Notes under the pieces: model-generated
The model's input: only the letters and a program-made list of their open reading frames with translations
What the model was told of the DNA's origin: nothing
The model's database searches: none
Shown: positions 61,151-64,000 of the stretch, in pieces
How the letters are laid out: the number at the start of each line of letters is the position of its first letter
How positions within the stretch are numbered: the stretch's first letter is position 1
Position numbers and translations under genes: made by a program
Origin: Macrostomum lignano
Taxonomy: Eukaryota
Reading direction: 5' to 3'
Assembly (NCBI GenBank): GCA_002269645.1
Contig: NIVC01000639.1
Span: forward strand, 133,659 to 197,658
Length of the DNA: 64,000 nucleotides

Positions 61151-63132
61151 TTAGGCTGGGGGCAGCAGCTTGGCCAGGAACTCCTTCACGTCCGACATTT
61201 CCTGCGGTGCGATCGATGGGGACACGGGATCCTGGTGATTGCGATAGCTGACAGAAAGCTGACACACTGAAAGTGCACATGAGACACCCCACACTCACCA
61301 GCCTGCAGTGTGCATGAGACACCCCACACTCACCAGCCTGCAGTGTGCATGAGACACCCCACACTCACCAGCCTGCAGTGTGCATGAGACACCCCACACT
61401 CACCAGCCTGCAGTGTGCATGAGACACCCCACACTCACCAGCCTGCAGTGTGCATGAGACACCCCACACTCACCAGCCTGCAGTGTGCATGAGACACCCC
61501 ACACTCACCAGCCTGCAGTGTGCATGAGACACCCCACACTCACCTGTCTGCAGTGTGCATGAGACACGCCACACTCACCAGCCTGCAGTGTGCATGAGAC
61601 ACCCCACACTCACCTGTCTGCAGTGTGCATGAGACACGCCACACTCACCAGCCTGCAGTGGGCATGAGACACCCCACACTCACCAGCCTGCAGTGTGCAT
61701 GAGACACCCCACACTCACCAGCCTGCAGTGTGCATGAGACACCCCACACTCACCAGCCTGCAGTGTGCATGAGACACCCCACACTCACCAGCCTGCATAC
61801 ATGAGCACCCAGTGTGAGCACAACATGCAGACAATAAAATGTCTGCCTGACTGAAGCCAACAGCATTGAGCTTGGGCCAGACCTCCATATGAAATCAAGA
61901 TCAAAAGAGCCCAGATATTCAATAATCAATATTATGCCCGCATATTTCCCTCACACACGGCTTGAGCATCATGCTGCAATTCAGGCGTGCATGGCTGCAT
62001 CTAAAATCAGTTTCTCAAGCCTTAGGTAATAAAAATAGAAAAAGTTGCCTCATTTTTGGCTTGAAGCGCCCGCCCAGTGCAGTTGTTAGAATATAGAGGC
62101 TTATGAACTGGCCCACAAGTGACTGGGAGAGGGTGGCAGCGGCCCACAAGTGACTGGGAGGGTGGCAGCGGCCCACAAGTGACTGGGAGGGTGGCAGCGG
62201 CCCACTGAGTGACTGGGAGGGGATGGCAGCAGCCCACTGAGTGACTGGGAGGGGATGGCAGCAGCCCACTGAGTGACTGGGAGGGGATGGCAGCAGCCCA
62301 CTGAGTGACTGGGAGGGGATGGCAGCAGCCCACTGAGTGACTGGGAGGGGATGGCAGCAGCCCACTGAGTGACTGGGAGGGGATAGCAGCAGCCCACTGA
62401 GTGACTGGGAGGGGGAGGGGGAGACCATAAATGTTCGAAGACCGATCTTCATCAAACATTTATGAAGCTGTACAGATAACTATGGGGACTGTTCGGCACA
62501 CATCTCTGTTATCAAGACATCTACAAAGACCTGAGAAGCAACTCATGTCAATCCTGGCGGCTCACCTGGTCAGAGGACGAGTGCATGAGCCCCGGGTAGG
62601 ACTTGAACTGAGCCTCGCCCACGCCCATCTGCTTGATCAGCTTGTGCGTCATGTCGCCCATGACGAACGGCACCATCTGGTCGCTGTCGCCGTGGCCTTG
62701 GAAAACCTGCGGCTTGTTGACCACCTGGCCGGGACTGGACAGCAGCTTCTGGTGCATCGGCAGCCAGCTGGATAGCGCCACGACCCCGGCCGGGCTAACC
62801 TTCGTGCTGGTCAGGCCGGTGTACAGCGCCAGAGCGCCGCCCATGGAGAAGCCGCCGATGGCCAACCGGCTGGAGGGGATGCCGGCCGCCGTCTCCTCGG
62901 CGATGAGCTTCTCCACCATGTCGCGGCCGCGCTCGATGCCAACTTCGTCCTGCTCGGCATTGGGGCTGAGGCCGCGGATGTCGAACCAGGCCGGCATCCG
63001 CATGCCGCCGTTCAGCGTCACCGGGATGGCGGGCGCGTGCGGGCAGACCAGCTTGCAGTAGGCCGGCACCACCTCCTGCAGAATGGAGGCCCAGCCATGG
63101 CCGGTGTCGCCAAGGCCGTGCAGAAAGATCAG
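61151..63132 (-). CDS. LYPLA: Acyl-protein thioesterase / lysophospholipase (LYPLA1/2 family), last two exons; first exon not found in window
   Basis: Exon 63132-62566 (LIFLHGLGDTGHGW, CPHAP..PVTLNGG.RMPAWFD, GGFSMGGA, QGHGDSD.MVP, YPGLMHSS) spliced in phase 0 to 61201-61151 (EMSDVKEFLAKLLPPA*). Ser/Asp/His triad present. Confidence 0.94.
61277..61800. repeat. 35-bp intronic minisatellite, about 15 copies
   Basis: gagacacccc at 61281, 61316 and onward. Confidence 0.95.
62110..62420. repeat. About 32-bp intronic minisatellite (actgagtgactgggaggggatggcagcagccc)
   Basis: Direct inspection. Confidence 0.92.
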
Positions 63133-63239
63133 CTGATTCGGGTAGGGTGACAGGTTAGTAAGCTCGAGTTGAATTGAGCTGAGCTGGTTGGATATATCCA
63201 AGTTGGAACACAGCTTGAGCTGGTGACCTAAATACTGAC

Positions 63240-63500
63240 CTGCCTGACCTGTACCTGAAGTTGCCTGACCTACAGCCTAAGCAGCCTGACCTACAACCTT
63301 AGCTGCCTGACCTACAGCCTAAGCTGCCTGACCTACAACCTTAGCTGCCTGACCTACAACCTTAGCTGCCTGACCTACAACCTTAGCTGCCTGACCTACA
63401 GCCTTAGCTGCCTGACCTACAACCTTAGCTGCCTGACCTACAACCTTAGCTGCCTGACCTACAACCTTAGCTGCCTGACCTACAGCCTAGGCCTATGCTG
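63240..63500. repeat. 21-bp intronic minisatellite (ctgcctgacctacaaccttag)
   Basis: Direct inspection. Confidence 0.92.
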
Positions 63501-64000
63501 CTTGACCTACAATCCAAGCTGACTGACTTAAAACCTGACTAAACTTGAGGTGCCTAACCTACAAATTAAGCTAGTAACATACCAGCTTAGTAAAACCTAT
63601 GTTGATTAACATACAACCCAAGTTGTCTAAACCACAACCTATAATATAGACAACAAAATAATAAAAGACTATAATAAATTAATAAAATATTGTTTATAAA
63701 GGCAAACCTAGTATCAAATCAGTTTTTTTTCAGTGCAAGCTCTGCTGATTATTTAATCTAAACCACAGCATTATTCTTAACCAGAATAGTCTCTTCATAT
63801 ATGACTTATAATTAAAAAAGAATGTTAAAAATCTTTAATCCATAGTGTAAAAGGATCTCTATGTATGATAGATAATAAAGTAAATTTCAGTTTGACTCTT
63901 ATATGACAATACAACAATAGTCAAATAATTTTACTTTAAAAAAAATATTACAACTCTATAAGTAATGTAAATAGTAGTAATGTAACCACTTATTCATGTA

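Overview
Eukaryotic (animal) genomic DNA with GC-rich coding exons, AT-rich intergenic DNA and many private minisatellites. The style suggests a free-living flatworm such as Macrostomum (inference only). Genes reconstructed by eye from GT-AG sites and frame continuity: the 3' end of a coiled-coil gene; a 5-exon phospholipid scramblase carrying an intact, intronless antisense RPL18A in intron 2; a secreted PAN/apple plus ConA-like protein; an 8-exon NRBP-type pseudokinase with a long unexplained Cys/His-rich C-terminal extension; two divergently oriented EGFR-family receptor kinases with intronless CDS; and the 3' part of an acyl-protein thioesterase. Mobile DNA: a defective 4.3-kb Mutator/FLYWCH element (611-bp TIRs, 9-bp TSD), an intact 3.46-kb CAC-ended Transib/Chapaev/RAG1-lineage transposon (226-bp TIRs, 5-bp TSD), two hAT-type non-autonomous elements with 8-bp TSDs, small MITEs, a LINE remnant and a SINE-like remnant. 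Most notable: (1) the two EGFRs share an exactly co-linear 1342-bp inverted block (about 99% identical, domain IV/TM/kinase), while their ligand-binding ectodomains and C-tails are strongly diverged, so flipping the 14.3 kb between the blocks would swap ectodomains and tails in frame; (2) the young transposon combines a RAG1/Chapaev-type N-terminal Zn domain, a RAG1/Transib-type DDE core, a 5-bp TSD and 23-RSS-like ends. All alignments and counts were done by eye; no database searches were possible.
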